64,000 nucleotides of DNA from Candidatus Dadabacteria bacterium (GCA_963805855.1 CAWDVW010000005.1:736001-800000), one strand, 5' to 3'. Positions 42,076 to 52,518 are shown, counted from the stretch's first letter. Made by a program: numbers and translations. The notes: generated by a model from the sequence alone, not told the origin.

Positions 42076-42212
42076 TGGATGTGCTATATTCATATACACT
42101 GGTATCAATCAGTATGGTTAAATAGTTTTTGTTTTTTGCGTTGAAAGACAGCAAGGATAAACAGAAGACTGAGTCAAAAATAAAATGAGAAAACAAGATT
42201 AGGAGGTGCTAA

Positions 42213-43019
42213 ATGGCACAAGTAAAAATAGGAGTTTTATTGGGGTGGGCAGTTGCACTGTTGCTGATGGTGGCGCCTATCAGCGCTCAGCAAACCAGCC
42301 CGACTGATCAGAACAAAAGTGAACAGCAGGCAATGGCTGTGTTGAAGGGGATGGCCGATTTTCTATCACAGGCACAGCGCTTCAGTGTCACGATGGATAT
42401 GGGCTTTGATACTGTGCAGGACAATGGGCAAAAAATCGAGTTTGGGGAGACTCGCAAGATTTTGCTCAGCCGCCCTGATCGTCTTCGAATAGATACTACA
42501 AAAAGAGACGGAACAGAGGACGAGGTAATTTTCGATGGTAAGGACATTACCGTGTTTAACCCCAAGGAAAATGTCTATGCCACTGAGGCCAAGCCTGGTA
42601 CCGTCGACCAGGCCATTGCGTATTTTGTAAATGACCTCGGCATGAGGTTGCCTCTGGCCGAGTTGGTTAACAGCAATCTGGCAAAGATGTTGCCGGAACG
42701 GGTGCGTGAAGCCGCCTATGTCGAAAAATCATCTATTGCCGGTGTCCCCTGTGATCACATCGCCCTACGTGGGGACCAGGCAGACATGCAACTGTGGATT
42801 GCGGAGGGTGATAAACCACTGCCGCAGCGGGTAGTTATTACCTATAAGCGAGAGGATGGACGGCCGCAGTTCTGGGCCAATTTAACTGAATGGAACCTTT
42901 CGCCGAAGGTACGCGATTCGATGTTTGCCTTTACCCCGCCAAAGGGTGCGGTGAAAATCGCTTTTTCCCCACGGCAGATGATGCAGACTGGGGAAACAGA
43001 AATGAAAGGAGGTGAATAG
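42213..43019 (+). CDS. DUF2092 family periplasmic protein (second copy)
   Basis: signal peptide, NGQKIEF, RPDRLR, GVPCDHIA, DMQLWIAEG.KPLPQRVVITYK. Confidence 0.87.
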   Translation: MAQVKIGVLLGWAVALLLMVAPISAQQTSPTDQNKSEQQAMAVLKGMADFLSQAQRFSVTMDMGFDTVQDNGQKIEFGETRKILLSRPDRLRIDTTKRDGTEDEVIFDGKDITVFNPKENVYATEAKPGTVDQAIAYFVNDLGMRLPLAELVNSNLAKMLPERVREAAYVEKSSIAGVPCDHIALRGDQADMQLWIAEGDKPLPQRVVITYKREDGRPQFWANLTEWNLSPKVRDSMFAFTPPKGAVKIAFSPRQMMQTGETEMKGGE

Positions 43020-43021
43020 TT

Positions 43022-43741
43022 ATGAGATCGAGAACATGGATACAATTTGGACTATGGAATGGCCTGTTCTTGATGTTGGTGTTTGCGGCCACAAACGTTG
43101 ATGCCAGGGGTTTTGGAGGCGGCGGCCGGGGCGGCGGTGGGGGATTTTCCCGGGGTAGTGGCGCCAGTGGCGGTAGTTTCGGCGGTAGGGGAGGCGGAGG
43201 TTCTCGCGACTTTGGAGGCGGCGGAGGCGAAGGTTTTTCTCAGCGCGGGGGCGCCAGTAGCGGGAATTGGCAATCCGATCGCTCAAGCATGCAGTCAAGC
43301 CGTCAGTCTTCAGCACAACAAATGCAGTCGACTGGCTCGGCTAATCAAAGCGAGCGCCAGTCCTCACGGCAAAGCTACGGACAGCAGGCTCAGCAAAGCC
43401 GGCAGAGCTACGGGCAGGACGCGCAGCAAAGCCGACAGAGTTATGGGCAGCAGGCACAGCAAAGCAGGCAGAACTATGCCAACAACTACGATGACTACCA
43501 CTACCATGGCGGGGGCTACTACGGGGGAGGGTATGGCTATGGTGGAGCGTATGCGGCCGGAGCCGTAACTGGCGCAGTCATCGGTTCGACCTTGACGGCG
43601 GCCGCATTCAGTGCCATGTCGGCCCCCCAGACCCAGGTGGTCGTGGGCGGCGTCACCTATTATCAGGTCGGCTCAACCTGGTACCAACCAATGTATCAGG
43701 GGGGTCAGGTAACCTATGTGGTGGTGCAACCGCCTCAATAG
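43022..43741 (+). CDS. secreted Gly/Gln/Ser/Tyr-rich protein (DUF6515-like C-terminus)
   Basis: signal peptide (VDA), Gly-rich region, RQSYGQQAQQS tandem repeats, VVVGGVTYYQVGSTWYQP..YVVVQPP. Confidence 0.75.
   Translation: MRSRTWIQFGLWNGLFLMLVFAATNVDARGFGGGGRGGGGGFSRGSGASGGSFGGRGGGGSRDFGGGGGEGFSQRGGASSGNWQSDRSSMQSSRQSSAQQMQSTGSANQSERQSSRQSYGQQAQQSRQSYGQDAQQSRQSYGQQAQQSRQNYANNYDDYHYHGGGYYGGGYGYGGAYAAGAVTGAVIGSTLTAAAFSAMSAPQTQVVVGGVTYYQVGSTWYQPMYQGGQVTYVVVQPPQ
43368..43478 (+). repeat. 33-nt coding tandem repeat (~3.3 units, RQSYGQxAQQS)
   Basis: CGGCAAAGCTACGGACAGCAGGCTCAGCAAAGC-type units with synonymous divergence. Confidence 0.8.
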
Positions 43742-43845
43742 GCGATTTTCGAGTTGCGGGATTTAATCGTGTTGAACTATACTGATTGCATTTGAAGAGA
43801 TAATTTTATTCTTTTGCGAAGATTACTAGTCAAAAGGGGAGATTG

Positions 43846-43872
43846 GTCCTTCGACAGGCTCAGGACGAACGG
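43846..43872. repeat. CTGAG-N-CGAAG repeat unit
   Basis: GTCCTTCGACAGGCTCAGGACGAACGG, same family as 26228-26305. Confidence 0.7.
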
Positions 43873-44006
43873 ATCTGTTTTGTATTTCATACCTAGGCAA
43901 ACTAGCACATGTATTCTGGCATTTAAGATCTTACGTAGCAATTAAAAATGTTTTGAGGATATCTTGCACTTTAAAACCATTAAGAGAGGTAGGAGGAAAT
44001 ACAGCT

Positions 44007-45260
44007 ATGCGAGAAATTATTGCGGTTGAAAATTGTAAGTCTAATGCAAAAATAGAGAGTGCCTATTGCAAATCACTCACCCGCTGCGAAATTGTTAGGG
44101 TTCCCATGTCAGTTGTGACATTAACGATAACTCTTCTGATTCTCACTCTCGCCGGCGAATCCGCTTACGGTCAGTATCCAGGATTTTACTTGTATGATAG
44201 GGATACTTCCGAAACCACAGTCCGTGCAAAAGCAATAGAAACGGGAAATAGGGAATACACCCAAGATTATTTTAAACCTGAAGAACCAACGGGGGCTAAT
44301 CAATTACTCTTAATTCCCGATCCCCATGACTTATCAATTGGGCGTAGTCCAGGTATTTTACCCAGCGAAAGAATCCAGGTATCGCAAGGCTTATCGGATA
44401 AATTTGCTATTAACGACATGTATTCGACTGAAAGCCGCAGCGGAAACTCCGATACGAGTGTTTACGCTTCTAACGACGCCGAAGCCAATTCCAACACGCC
44501 AACGCCTAAATCAAAAGATTGGGAATTTATCTTGATACCCTATGGATGGTTTACCAGTATCAGCGAAGACATAGTAGTCAATGGCAGGGGTGCTTCCGCC
44601 CACGCGAGCTTTTTTGATTTGCTTAAGCATCTCGATATTGCAGGGATGTTTCACGGTGCAGTATGGTGGAAAGGTAAATTCGGAATCTACGCGGACACAT
44701 TGTTTTCAAAGCTGACCATAAACCAGGATGTCACTCTCACACGTTTTGGCTCCATAAATGCCAACGTGCAAACCACTATGTTCATCCAGGAATTTGGAGG
44801 GTTATACCGCGTAGGCACCTGGCCCGTGGGGAGTCCATACAATCAATTCGTCCAGAAATCGAAGCCGACTCTCACCTTTAATATACTTGCCGGAGGACGT
44901 TACTGGCATCTGAAAAACGAGATAGACATTAAAACCCCGTTTGGCATTCTACCTTCAGAAACAGATCAGAGTCAGAACTGGTTTGATTTTATCGTCGGCG
45001 GAGGGGCCAGGCTTGAATTCTATAAGAAACTATTTCTAGACGTTAGAACTGATATAGGAGGGTTTGATCTAAGTTTTTCATCTAAGTTTTCATGGAATAT
45101 ACTCGCGGTAGTTGGCTATGAATTACCCTGGTACCGCATAACGCCCTTGATCGGATACCGAGCACTATATGACAACTACGCCAATGGAAGCGGGAACTCT
45201 CGCTTTGACGCAAAAACCTGGATGTACGGACCAGTGCTCGGAGTTGCTTTCAAATTCTAA
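44007..45260 (+). CDS. putative outer-membrane beta-barrel protein
   Basis: WEFILIPYGW, LAGGRYW, RTDIGGF, GYRAL, MYGPVLGVAFKF (terminal Phe); AGGAGG RBS. Confidence 0.75.
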   Translation: MREIIAVENCKSNAKIESAYCKSLTRCEIVRVPMSVVTLTITLLILTLAGESAYGQYPGFYLYDRDTSETTVRAKAIETGNREYTQDYFKPEEPTGANQLLLIPDPHDLSIGRSPGILPSERIQVSQGLSDKFAINDMYSTESRSGNSDTSVYASNDAEANSNTPTPKSKDWEFILIPYGWFTSISEDIVVNGRGASAHASFFDLLKHLDIAGMFHGAVWWKGKFGIYADTLFSKLTINQDVTLTRFGSINANVQTTMFIQEFGGLYRVGTWPVGSPYNQFVQKSKPTLTFNILAGGRYWHLKNEIDIKTPFGILPSETDQSQNWFDFIVGGGARLEFYKKLFLDVRTDIGGFDLSFSSKFSWNILAVVGYELPWYRITPLIGYRALYDNYANGSGNSRFDAKTWMYGPVLGVAFKF

Positions 45261-45335
45261 GCATCCGTTCTAAATGAAATTAATCATGGAACATACGTTG
45301 ACAGGTATCTTCCTCACTTTCACGTACTGCTAACC

Positions 45336-46103
45336 CTACTTTCCGAGTTGCTGGAGAGTTTCGCGCATGGGTTCACGCGGGATATGAATCAGTCCCTCAA
45401 ACGGTCGGTTCAGCTCAATGAGCAGGAAGAATGCACTCGAAACCCATACCGTTGAGACGAATAGGATAGCTATAACGGTCAAATTGGAAGGCGCAAAGAG
45501 GCCGAACCCGAAGAAGATAGTAGTAAACCAGAAAACTAGCAGTGCTAGCACAATCAGGAATGGCACAGGAATCAATCTAACCTGTTCTACAAACAGCAGC
45601 CAGCGCGTTTGTACGAGATCCAACGCAAGGCTCAGCGCCTGGTCCCTTAGCGCCCGTTGAGTTTCGTTCTTCGGTGAGAGTGCCTGGATTTTGACAATGA
45701 GAGCCTCAAGATTAGATGGCGTTGCCTCCAACTGAGCGGGTTTAGAAATCTCGTCTGGCCACATCTGACTGACCGCCCGGCCAACCGCGCTGCGGAGCAG
45801 ACCACGGACTTCCTTCGTATCCGGCCCGTAATGGGCCAGGACACGGTCAAGGAAAATGATGCGAGCGGACAATTTCATAATGTCACCCCGCTCTTCGCGG
45901 AATGAATCCTGTGCCGCAGCGATCAACAGTCCAAGGACAAGGGCAGCCATCACCGCCATGAGACCTACCACGATATTAAACACCAGCTCTTTCGATTCCT
46001 TACTCAGATGATGCTCAGGCAGAAATGTACGGAGAAACAAACCGAGCAAAGCGCCCCCAAAGATAAAGGCAAACACGATCAAACTGATTTCCAGACCAGA
46101 CAT
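45336..46103 (-). CDS. DUF4239/bestrophin-like membrane protein
   Basis: LPEHHLSKESKE, AALVLGLLI, LDRVLAHYGP, LIELNRPFEGLI; four TMs. Confidence 0.75.
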   Translation of the reverse strand: MSGLEISLIVFAFIFGGALLGLFLRTFLPEHHLSKESKELVFNIVVGLMAVMAALVLGLLIAAAQDSFREERGDIMKLSARIIFLDRVLAHYGPDTKEVRGLLRSAVGRAVSQMWPDEISKPAQLEATPSNLEALIVKIQALSPKNETQRALRDQALSLALDLVQTRWLLFVEQVRLIPVPFLIVLALLVFWFTTIFFGFGLFAPSNLTVIAILFVSTVWVSSAFFLLIELNRPFEGLIHIPREPMRETLQQLGK

Positions 46104-46254
46104 GATGAGTCCCGGTGGCGAACAACGACCCGCGCACTAGCGGCATGCTGCTGAGTATCCGGTTACCTAAGCTGTGACGCCACCTTACTATTGATTTACC
46201 CGTATCTTATAGCACTAATTTCTCACAAGTTCAAGTGGGCGGAAACTCGCCGCG

Positions 46255-46294
46255 AAAACACCTCCGGAAGGTCATAACCTCCCGGAGGTGTTTT
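46255..46294. repeat. ACCTCCGGRAGGT doublet palindrome
   Basis: AAAACACCTCCGGAAGGTCATAACCTCCCGGAGGTGTTTT. Confidence 0.75.
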
Positions 46295-46319
46295 TAAATT
46301 GATGAGTCAATTCCGCCGC

Positions 46320-46348
46320 TTGACAATCCTAGCTAATTAGCATAAGCT
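46320..46348 (+). promoter_or_regulatory. sigma70-type promoter of the patatin gene
   Basis: TTGACA-17 nt-TAAGCT. Confidence 0.5.
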
Positions 46349-46366
46349 GTCGGAAACTAAATTATT

Positions 46367-47654
46367 ATGTTCCATAAACAAAGCTGGCGAAGCGAATCAG
46401 TTACTCGCCTCTTCATACTTACCTATCTTTTTGTTTCTTTGGTTATTCTTCAGGGGTGTGCAACTACACAAGTCCGCAATCCTCTCCCCGCAAAGCTTGA
46501 GGACCAGGTCGAGGTAAGTGGATTTCCAAACGTGCGATCCGTGGGCTGATGCCCCTAGTAAGGCGTTGAACGAGAGCGCAGTTGAATCGATTCGCCAGGA
46601 GATAGCTGCTTTTGGAATGGACAACCTGAAGAAACCTACGGAATTCCTTGTCCTTTCAGGTGGTGGCGAGAATGGAGCATTCGGCGCCGGCGTGTTGTGT
46701 GGCTGGACTGCGGCAGGTAATCGGCCGAACTTCAAGCTCGTAACCGGTATCAGCACTGGATCTTTAATTGCTCCATTTGCCTTTTTGGGGCCAGAGTATG
46801 ACCCCCAACTTAAAACTGTATACACCACCATAACGGATAATGATATCTTTATAAAGAAGAGCACGTTAACTGCTTTCTGGAGACAATCCCTATATGATAC
46901 GAAACCATTGGCCGACTTAATTGCTAAAAACATCGATGAGAAGGTTCTCGCCGCTGTTGCTCGAGAACATAAAAAGGGAAGGAGGCTCCTTGTCGGTACG
47001 ACCCAATTGGACGCCCAACGCCTTGTGATCTGGGACATGGGAGCTATCGCGGCAAGCCAGAATCCAGGGGCCCTGGATTTGTTTCGAAAAGTTCTTCTTG
47101 CCTCCGCTTCTATGCCAGCTATATTCCCCCCGGTGTACATGACCGTGACCGCAGGCGGAATGCAATATGATGAGATGCATGTGGACGGTGGAACCACATC
47201 CGAACAGATTCTCTACGATAACGCGCTTACGCCAATGACTCAGCACAAGAAGGCACTTTCTTCAGATGTTAAGAACGAGAAGCTGATGTCAGCCCTGGAA
47301 CACAGGCCGCGAATAGTATATATAATTCGTAACGACCAGGTTAAGCCCGAATGGGCAAATGTCAAACCCAGACTCGGGAATATAGCAGGCAGGGCAATCT
47401 CAACACTTGTCAAGACACATGGCGACGGCGATTTATATCGTATTTACGTACTTGCCCTTCGGGACGGTATTGACTACAACCTTGCGTCCATCCCCATTGA
47501 TTTCAATGTTCCTAGTCAGGGCATGTTTGACCCGGAATTCATGCAGAAGCTTTTTAACCTAGGTTATGAGATGGCTCGAAATGGCTATCCATGGGAAAAA
47601 TATCCGCCGGGCTACGAGCCGGAGGCGGCTTCTTCGGCTTCTAATTCCCAGTAA
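46367..47654 (+). pseudogene. patatin-like phospholipase lipoprotein, one +1 frameshift near 46541
   Basis: lipobox LQGC in ORF 46367; SGGGENGAFGAG, GISTG and DGG motifs in ORF 46518; may be sequencing error. Confidence 0.82.
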
Positions 47655-47708
47655 ATAACAGCTGCCACCCGGATTTCAGAATCGCTCGAAATATAGAACA
47701 CTAACCAT

Positions 47709-47738
47709 ACCTCCGGAAGGTCATGACCTCCCGGAGGT
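47709..47738. repeat. ACCTCCGGRAGGT doublet palindrome
   Basis: ACCTCCGGAAGGTCATGACCTCCCGGAGGT. Confidence 0.75.
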
Positions 47739-47747
47739 ACTTTAATC

Positions 47748-50162
47748 ATGCGCAAAAAATCGAAAAGTCGGGATAAAAAGAGAATAGAGGGCGAGGGAAA
47801 GAATAGAAAAAACTTTACCACCTTATCATTAATATCCATCTTGGTGGTCGTTTTAATAAGTTTGCTTCTTGCTAAGAATCTATCAAAGCAGAAAACGGCA
47901 GAACAATATGCGACTAACAATGCATCGTCAATCGAAACCGAGGTCCCGGCAAAATTCGTGGGCAGTGAAGTTTGTGCTGAATGCCACCATGGACAGTATA
48001 ACCTCTGGAAGGGATCGGACCATGACCTTGCCATGCAGGCTGCGAGTGAGAAAACCGTCCTCGGTGACTTTAACGACGTAGAGTTTAACTATTTTGGTGT
48101 TACTTCAAAATTTTTTAAGAGAGACGGCAAGTTCATGGTTCACACCGATGGTACGGATGGGAAACTTCAAGAATACGAAATAAAGTACACCTTTGGACAC
48201 TACCCGCTTCAACAATATCTAATAGAATTCCCCGGGGGGCGGTTTCAGGCGCTTGGCATCGCCTGGGATAGCCGTCCTAAAAGCGAAGAAGGTCAGCGCT
48301 GGTTTCATCTATACCCGAACGAAAAAATCACACACGACGATACGCTCCACTGGACGGGCCCGGACCAGAACTGGAACTACATGTGTGCCGAGTGTCATTC
48401 GACAAATCTCAAAAAAGACTACGACCTGAAGTCTGACACCTACAATACAACCTGGTCTGAAATCAATGTGTCATGCGAAGCCTGTCATGGCCCGGGGTCT
48501 CGACATGTACATTGGGCAAATCAAATGAGTGAAAGTGAAAATAGGAACTTGGACAACAGTAAAGGCTTGACAGCTAGATTAGACGAGAGAGAAGGAGTTA
48601 AGTGGACTACAGACCCACAAAGCGGCATACCAAAAAGGAGTGGACCTGGTACCACAAATACAGAGATTCAGACGTGTGCCCCATGTCACTCGCGCCGGGG
48701 CGTAATCTGGAAAGATCACACCTTTGGGGAGCCATTCATGGATAAGTATTTGCCTAGCCTACTCGTTGAAGGTTTATACCATGCCGACGGACAAATCCAG
48801 GGCGAGGTTTATGAGTACGGATCTTTTCTCCAAAGCAGGATGTATCATGAAGGTGTTACCTGCAGTGACTGCCACGAGCCTCACAGTCTGAAGTTGAAAT
48901 CCGATGGAAATGGTGTCTGTACCCAATGCCATCTTGCTTCAAAGTACGACTCGGATTCGCACCATTCCCACAAGACCAGCTCTTCAGGAGCAAGTTGCGT
49001 CGACTGTCACATGCCACCAACAAATTACATGATTATAGACCCACGACATGATCACAGCTTTCGAATCCCCAGGCCTGATCTTTCTGTAACGCTTGGGACC
49101 CCAAATGCCTGCAACATGTGTCATAGTGAGCGCACTCCACAATGGGCGGATGAGAATATAAACAAATGGTATGCTAAAAGGTATAAGGTTTATCAAAACT
49201 ATGCCGAAGCCCTTGATGCCGGACGCACCGGTGCTCCATTAGCGGAAGAGTTACTCGCAGACCTTGCTCAGAATGCCACAGCGCCCAATATTGCACGCGC
49301 AACAGCCCTTAGTGAATTGCATCGCTACTTAAGCCCTGCATCAATCGAGGCCGTTCGGCATGGCCTGAGTAATGATGATCCGATGATTCGTACCTCAGCT
49401 TTGGATGCACTCGAGGCGATCGAGCCTGTCGCTCGGGTTAAACTTGCATTTAATTTACTGAAAGACCCTGTCCGGGCAGTTCGGCTGAACGCTATTACGG
49501 TACTAGCCTCTGTTCCTCCAGATCATCTTACACCCGAACAGAAGAGATTTTTTGACAAGGCCGTAGATGAATACGTCACGGCACAGCTCTCAAACGCAGA
49601 ACGGCCCGAATCTCATCTTAATATTGGCCTTCTTTATGTTCAGCTCGGACGGTTTACTGAAGCTGAGTCTGAATACCAAACGGCGATTAAACTTCAGCAT
49701 GCATTTGTTCCGGCTTACGTAAATCTTGCTGATCTCTATAGATTGCAAGGCAATGATGACCAAGGAGAGGACTTGCTGCGGAAAGCCATAAAACTCCCAC
49801 CTCAAAATGCCGATGTGTACCAAGCCCTTGGACTTTTGCTGGTTCGAGAGAAAAAAATTTCCGAAGCTGTTGAAGCTCTGGAGAAATCGGCAAGACTGAG
49901 TCCTGGTAATCCCCATTATAGCTACGTTTACGCCGTGGCTCTAAATTCCGCGGGCAGGAAAAAGGAGGCAATACAATTTCTCAAAGAATCGCATTATCGC
50001 CATCCAAACGATCGAGAGATACTATTTGCTCTTACGACTTTTAACCGGGATAGCGGGGATCTTCAAGCAGCTAGGGATTATGCTCAGAAGCTCGTCGAGC
50101 TTTCGCCAAATGACCCGTCATTTCAGACTCTGCTTGAGCAACTGCAAAATCAAGATAAATAA
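47748..50162 (+). CDS. membrane-anchored octaheme c-type cytochrome with HEAT and TPR repeats
   Basis: eight CxxCH (CAECH x2, CEACH, CAPCH, CSDCH, CTQCH, CVDCH, CNMCH), DDPMIR/DPVRAVR HEAT, C-terminal TPRs. Confidence 0.9.
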   Translation: MRKKSKSRDKKRIEGEGKNRKNFTTLSLISILVVVLISLLLAKNLSKQKTAEQYATNNASSIETEVPAKFVGSEVCAECHHGQYNLWKGSDHDLAMQAASEKTVLGDFNDVEFNYFGVTSKFFKRDGKFMVHTDGTDGKLQEYEIKYTFGHYPLQQYLIEFPGGRFQALGIAWDSRPKSEEGQRWFHLYPNEKITHDDTLHWTGPDQNWNYMCAECHSTNLKKDYDLKSDTYNTTWSEINVSCEACHGPGSRHVHWANQMSESENRNLDNSKGLTARLDEREGVKWTTDPQSGIPKRSGPGTTNTEIQTCAPCHSRRGVIWKDHTFGEPFMDKYLPSLLVEGLYHADGQIQGEVYEYGSFLQSRMYHEGVTCSDCHEPHSLKLKSDGNGVCTQCHLASKYDSDSHHSHKTSSSGASCVDCHMPPTNYMIIDPRHDHSFRIPRPDLSVTLGTPNACNMCHSERTPQWADENINKWYAKRYKVYQNYAEALDAGRTGAPLAEELLADLAQNATAPNIARATALSELHRYLSPASIEAVRHGLSNDDPMIRTSALDALEAIEPVARVKLAFNLLKDPVRAVRLNAITVLASVPPDHLTPEQKRFFDKAVDEYVTAQLSNAERPESHLNIGLLYVQLGRFTEAESEYQTAIKLQHAFVPAYVNLADLYRLQGNDDQGEDLLRKAIKLPPQNADVYQALGLLLVREKKISEAVEALEKSARLSPGNPHYSYVYAVALNSAGRKKEAIQFLKESHYRHPNDREILFALTTFNRDSGDLQAARDYAQKLVELSPNDPSFQTLLEQLQNQDK

Positions 50163-50203
50163 TTCAAAGTAATAATCATATGTTATTTGGACACAGAGTT
50201 TAT

Positions 50204-51634
50204 TCAATTGCCCCTATAACCATTACTCCTGCAACAGTCCATAAGCTCCGTTAGCATTTTGCTTTGAAATGTCTTTACCCGCGGACCGACACCGTTAGAC
50301 AGAATTGAAAATGCTAGAACGTCACCGCTTCTCGTAAAAGCATAACCGGATAGAGCCCTTACATTATTTATGTAACCCGTTTTAGCTATTACCCTCCCTT
50401 CTAATCCTGAGCCTCTAAATCTTTTTTTCAAGGTACCATCCACGCCTGCTATTGGAAGGGATTTAACAAAGTCAGGGCCTATGAGCTTATTTGTATAGGC
50501 GTATTGCAGAACTTCGGTTATCGTCTGCGGAGAAACGCGGTTTAGGTTCGAGAGGCCTGACCCGTCAACGATTCTGAAGTAATTATCGACTCCAATGCCC
50601 ACGAGAAAATCCGAAATCACCTGGGCGCCCGTCTCCCATGAACCCGGTGACCCTTTAAAATGAGCACCCAGAGTTTTAATTAAATTTTCACCGATGACAT
50701 TAACACTCTCTTTAAGGTATTCGTTAACAATCATCGAAAGCGGAATGGAATTGTGTGTGTATATTGGGTTACTCCAATTGGGAACTATTCCTTTACTAAC
50801 CGCACCACTTACCTTTATACCGGAATCCTCAAGAGCCTTCTTGAATACGCCACCAGTGTAGAGTGTCGGGTCAATCACGGCTAGCTCTAAAGCCTGTGAA
50901 GACCTACGCGGCGAGATTCGTCCATTAAGAACTACCGCATTACTGCCATCGACCCAGTGTGCCGACAGTCCGCCCTTCTTGCTACTGGTCACTGCCTTGT
51001 TAAAAACTTGAATATATGATCCAGGGGGCTCGAGCCTTATGTATGGCGTACCTCCGGGCCTGGAAGGAGAAACGTGAATCTCGAACGTATTGTGATTTAA
51101 GGTTAACGCGCTAATAGGAGGGCTATAAACATCGCCCCTCCAATTCGACTTCCATCCTTTTCCAAATCGGGTCCTCTCAAAGTATGAATCATCTACTATA
51201 ATTCCTCCCCTAATTTCCCTAATCCCCATCATCTTGAGCTGATTGGCTATAAAAACGAGATTATCCTTTTCTAACGTTGGGTCTCCGTAACCCTTAATGT
51301 AGAGTCCTCCATAAAGTACCCCGGCAGAGACTTCACCGCCGGAATAGAACTCTGTTTTAAACCTGTAGTCTGGTTTCAGTAAAGATAGCGCCGCGACCGA
51401 TATCATTACCTTCTGATTCGAAGCGGGGATAAATAGCTTATCGGCATTAAACTCGAATATGCTTTCATTTGTTGTCAAGGATTTTACAACCACACCGAGC
51501 TTCCCGTTACTCCTTGCCTCCTTTGGAATTAACGTGAAAATCCTATTCGAGTACCCGAGATTCGCTGAAAAAGCGATATGGCTGACAACAAGAACCAGAA
51601 AAAGATATAGAGATGTGAAAAAGAATCTTCTCAT
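50204..51634 (-). CDS. dacB: D-alanyl-D-alanine carboxypeptidase/endopeptidase (PBP4, peptidase S13)
   Basis: PASNQK (SxxK), SVN (SxN), DGSGLS, KTG. Confidence 0.93.
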   Translation of the reverse strand: MRRFFFTSLYLFLVLVVSHIAFSANLGYSNRIFTLIPKEARSNGKLGVVVKSLTTNESIFEFNADKLFIPASNQKVMISVAALSLLKPDYRFKTEFYSGGEVSAGVLYGGLYIKGYGDPTLEKDNLVFIANQLKMMGIREIRGGIIVDDSYFERTRFGKGWKSNWRGDVYSPPISALTLNHNTFEIHVSPSRPGGTPYIRLEPPGSYIQVFNKAVTSSKKGGLSAHWVDGSNAVVLNGRISPRRSSQALELAVIDPTLYTGGVFKKALEDSGIKVSGAVSKGIVPNWSNPIYTHNSIPLSMIVNEYLKESVNVIGENLIKTLGAHFKGSPGSWETGAQVISDFLVGIGVDNYFRIVDGSGLSNLNRVSPQTITEVLQYAYTNKLIGPDFVKSLPIAGVDGTLKKRFRGSGLEGRVIAKTGYINNVRALSGYAFTRSGDVLAFSILSNGVGPRVKTFQSKMLTELMDCCRSNGYRGN

Positions 51635-52320
51635 CAGAATTCTATATTATAAGTCTCCGCCCTATTACTTCAGACTAAAAACCATGAATAGACCTTTTCA
51701 TTTTATACCTGTTATTTTGAAATGTCTAGATATATTTTTAAGTTTTTGTCACAAGTTCCATGTCTGCGATCGCCAATAGCATCTTCTTGTTATCATCGCA
51801 ACAAAACCTTAGCGAGGTCGAAAGCGACGAAGTAATGTCGAAAATATTGAGGAGATCCCCACCCGGGAGCCTATACTTAGCCCCGGGTTTAATCCAAGCG
51901 CCAAACCGCTTATGACAGCAGCGCTTGCTGTCATTGCTGTAGAAGTTAGATAATTCGGGGACAGTCTTTTAGATTTTAAATGGGCATTCACAAAATTGCC
52001 AAAAGCAATTCCGAAAGCGTTAAAAAAAGTGACAATCATTAACGTCATCTCGAAGGAACAGAGTGACTGAGAGAACTAATCAACAATAGAAATAGATATC
52101 TCGCACTTGCTCGATACGCAAGCGTTTTTTGTCAGCCCTTGATTTTTGTTTCTTTGTATCAAGACAAAGAAAATAAAATTTCAAATGATGGATCCCCGCT
52201 TAAGCCTGTCGTTGTGTGCGTCTAACGGGAAATCCGCGGGAATGGTCGGGTGGCACGTCAATATGGATGACCAATCCGCCAGCAAGCCTGCCCTTAGATT
52301 GTCGAAGGTACTGGCCAGGG

Positions 52321-52518
52321 TCCCTAATTGTAGCGAAAACCTCCCTTCGACCCTTCGTCGCGCTCAGGGCTCGGGACAGGCTAGGATTCCATTCGTTATG
52401 TTTTATCCGTGCGGGGTTGGAAAACCCAGCCTATCGTTATTGATGAGGGTATTTATCGTGGATAGTAGGGTCACTCTTCTCCCGATAGATTTCCATTTAA
52501 TCGATTATATGGAGGACT
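52321..52518 (-). repeat. composite REP/REPIN-like dispersed repeat, copy B
   Basis: reverse complement aligns with ~4184-4381 (shared CATCAATAACGATAGG, GGATAAAACATAA, CCCTGAGCG.GACGAAGGGTCGAAGG). Confidence 0.8.

Noticed and set aside
26523-42108. Many long antisense and alternate-frame ORFs inside the sulfatase and DUF genes
   Set aside because: Expected shadow ORFs of GC-rich coding DNA; no motifs or RBS.
43368-43478. Regular 33-nt repeats as a possible CRISPR array
   Set aside because: No spacers, they lie in coding sequence with synonymous variation, and there are no cas genes.
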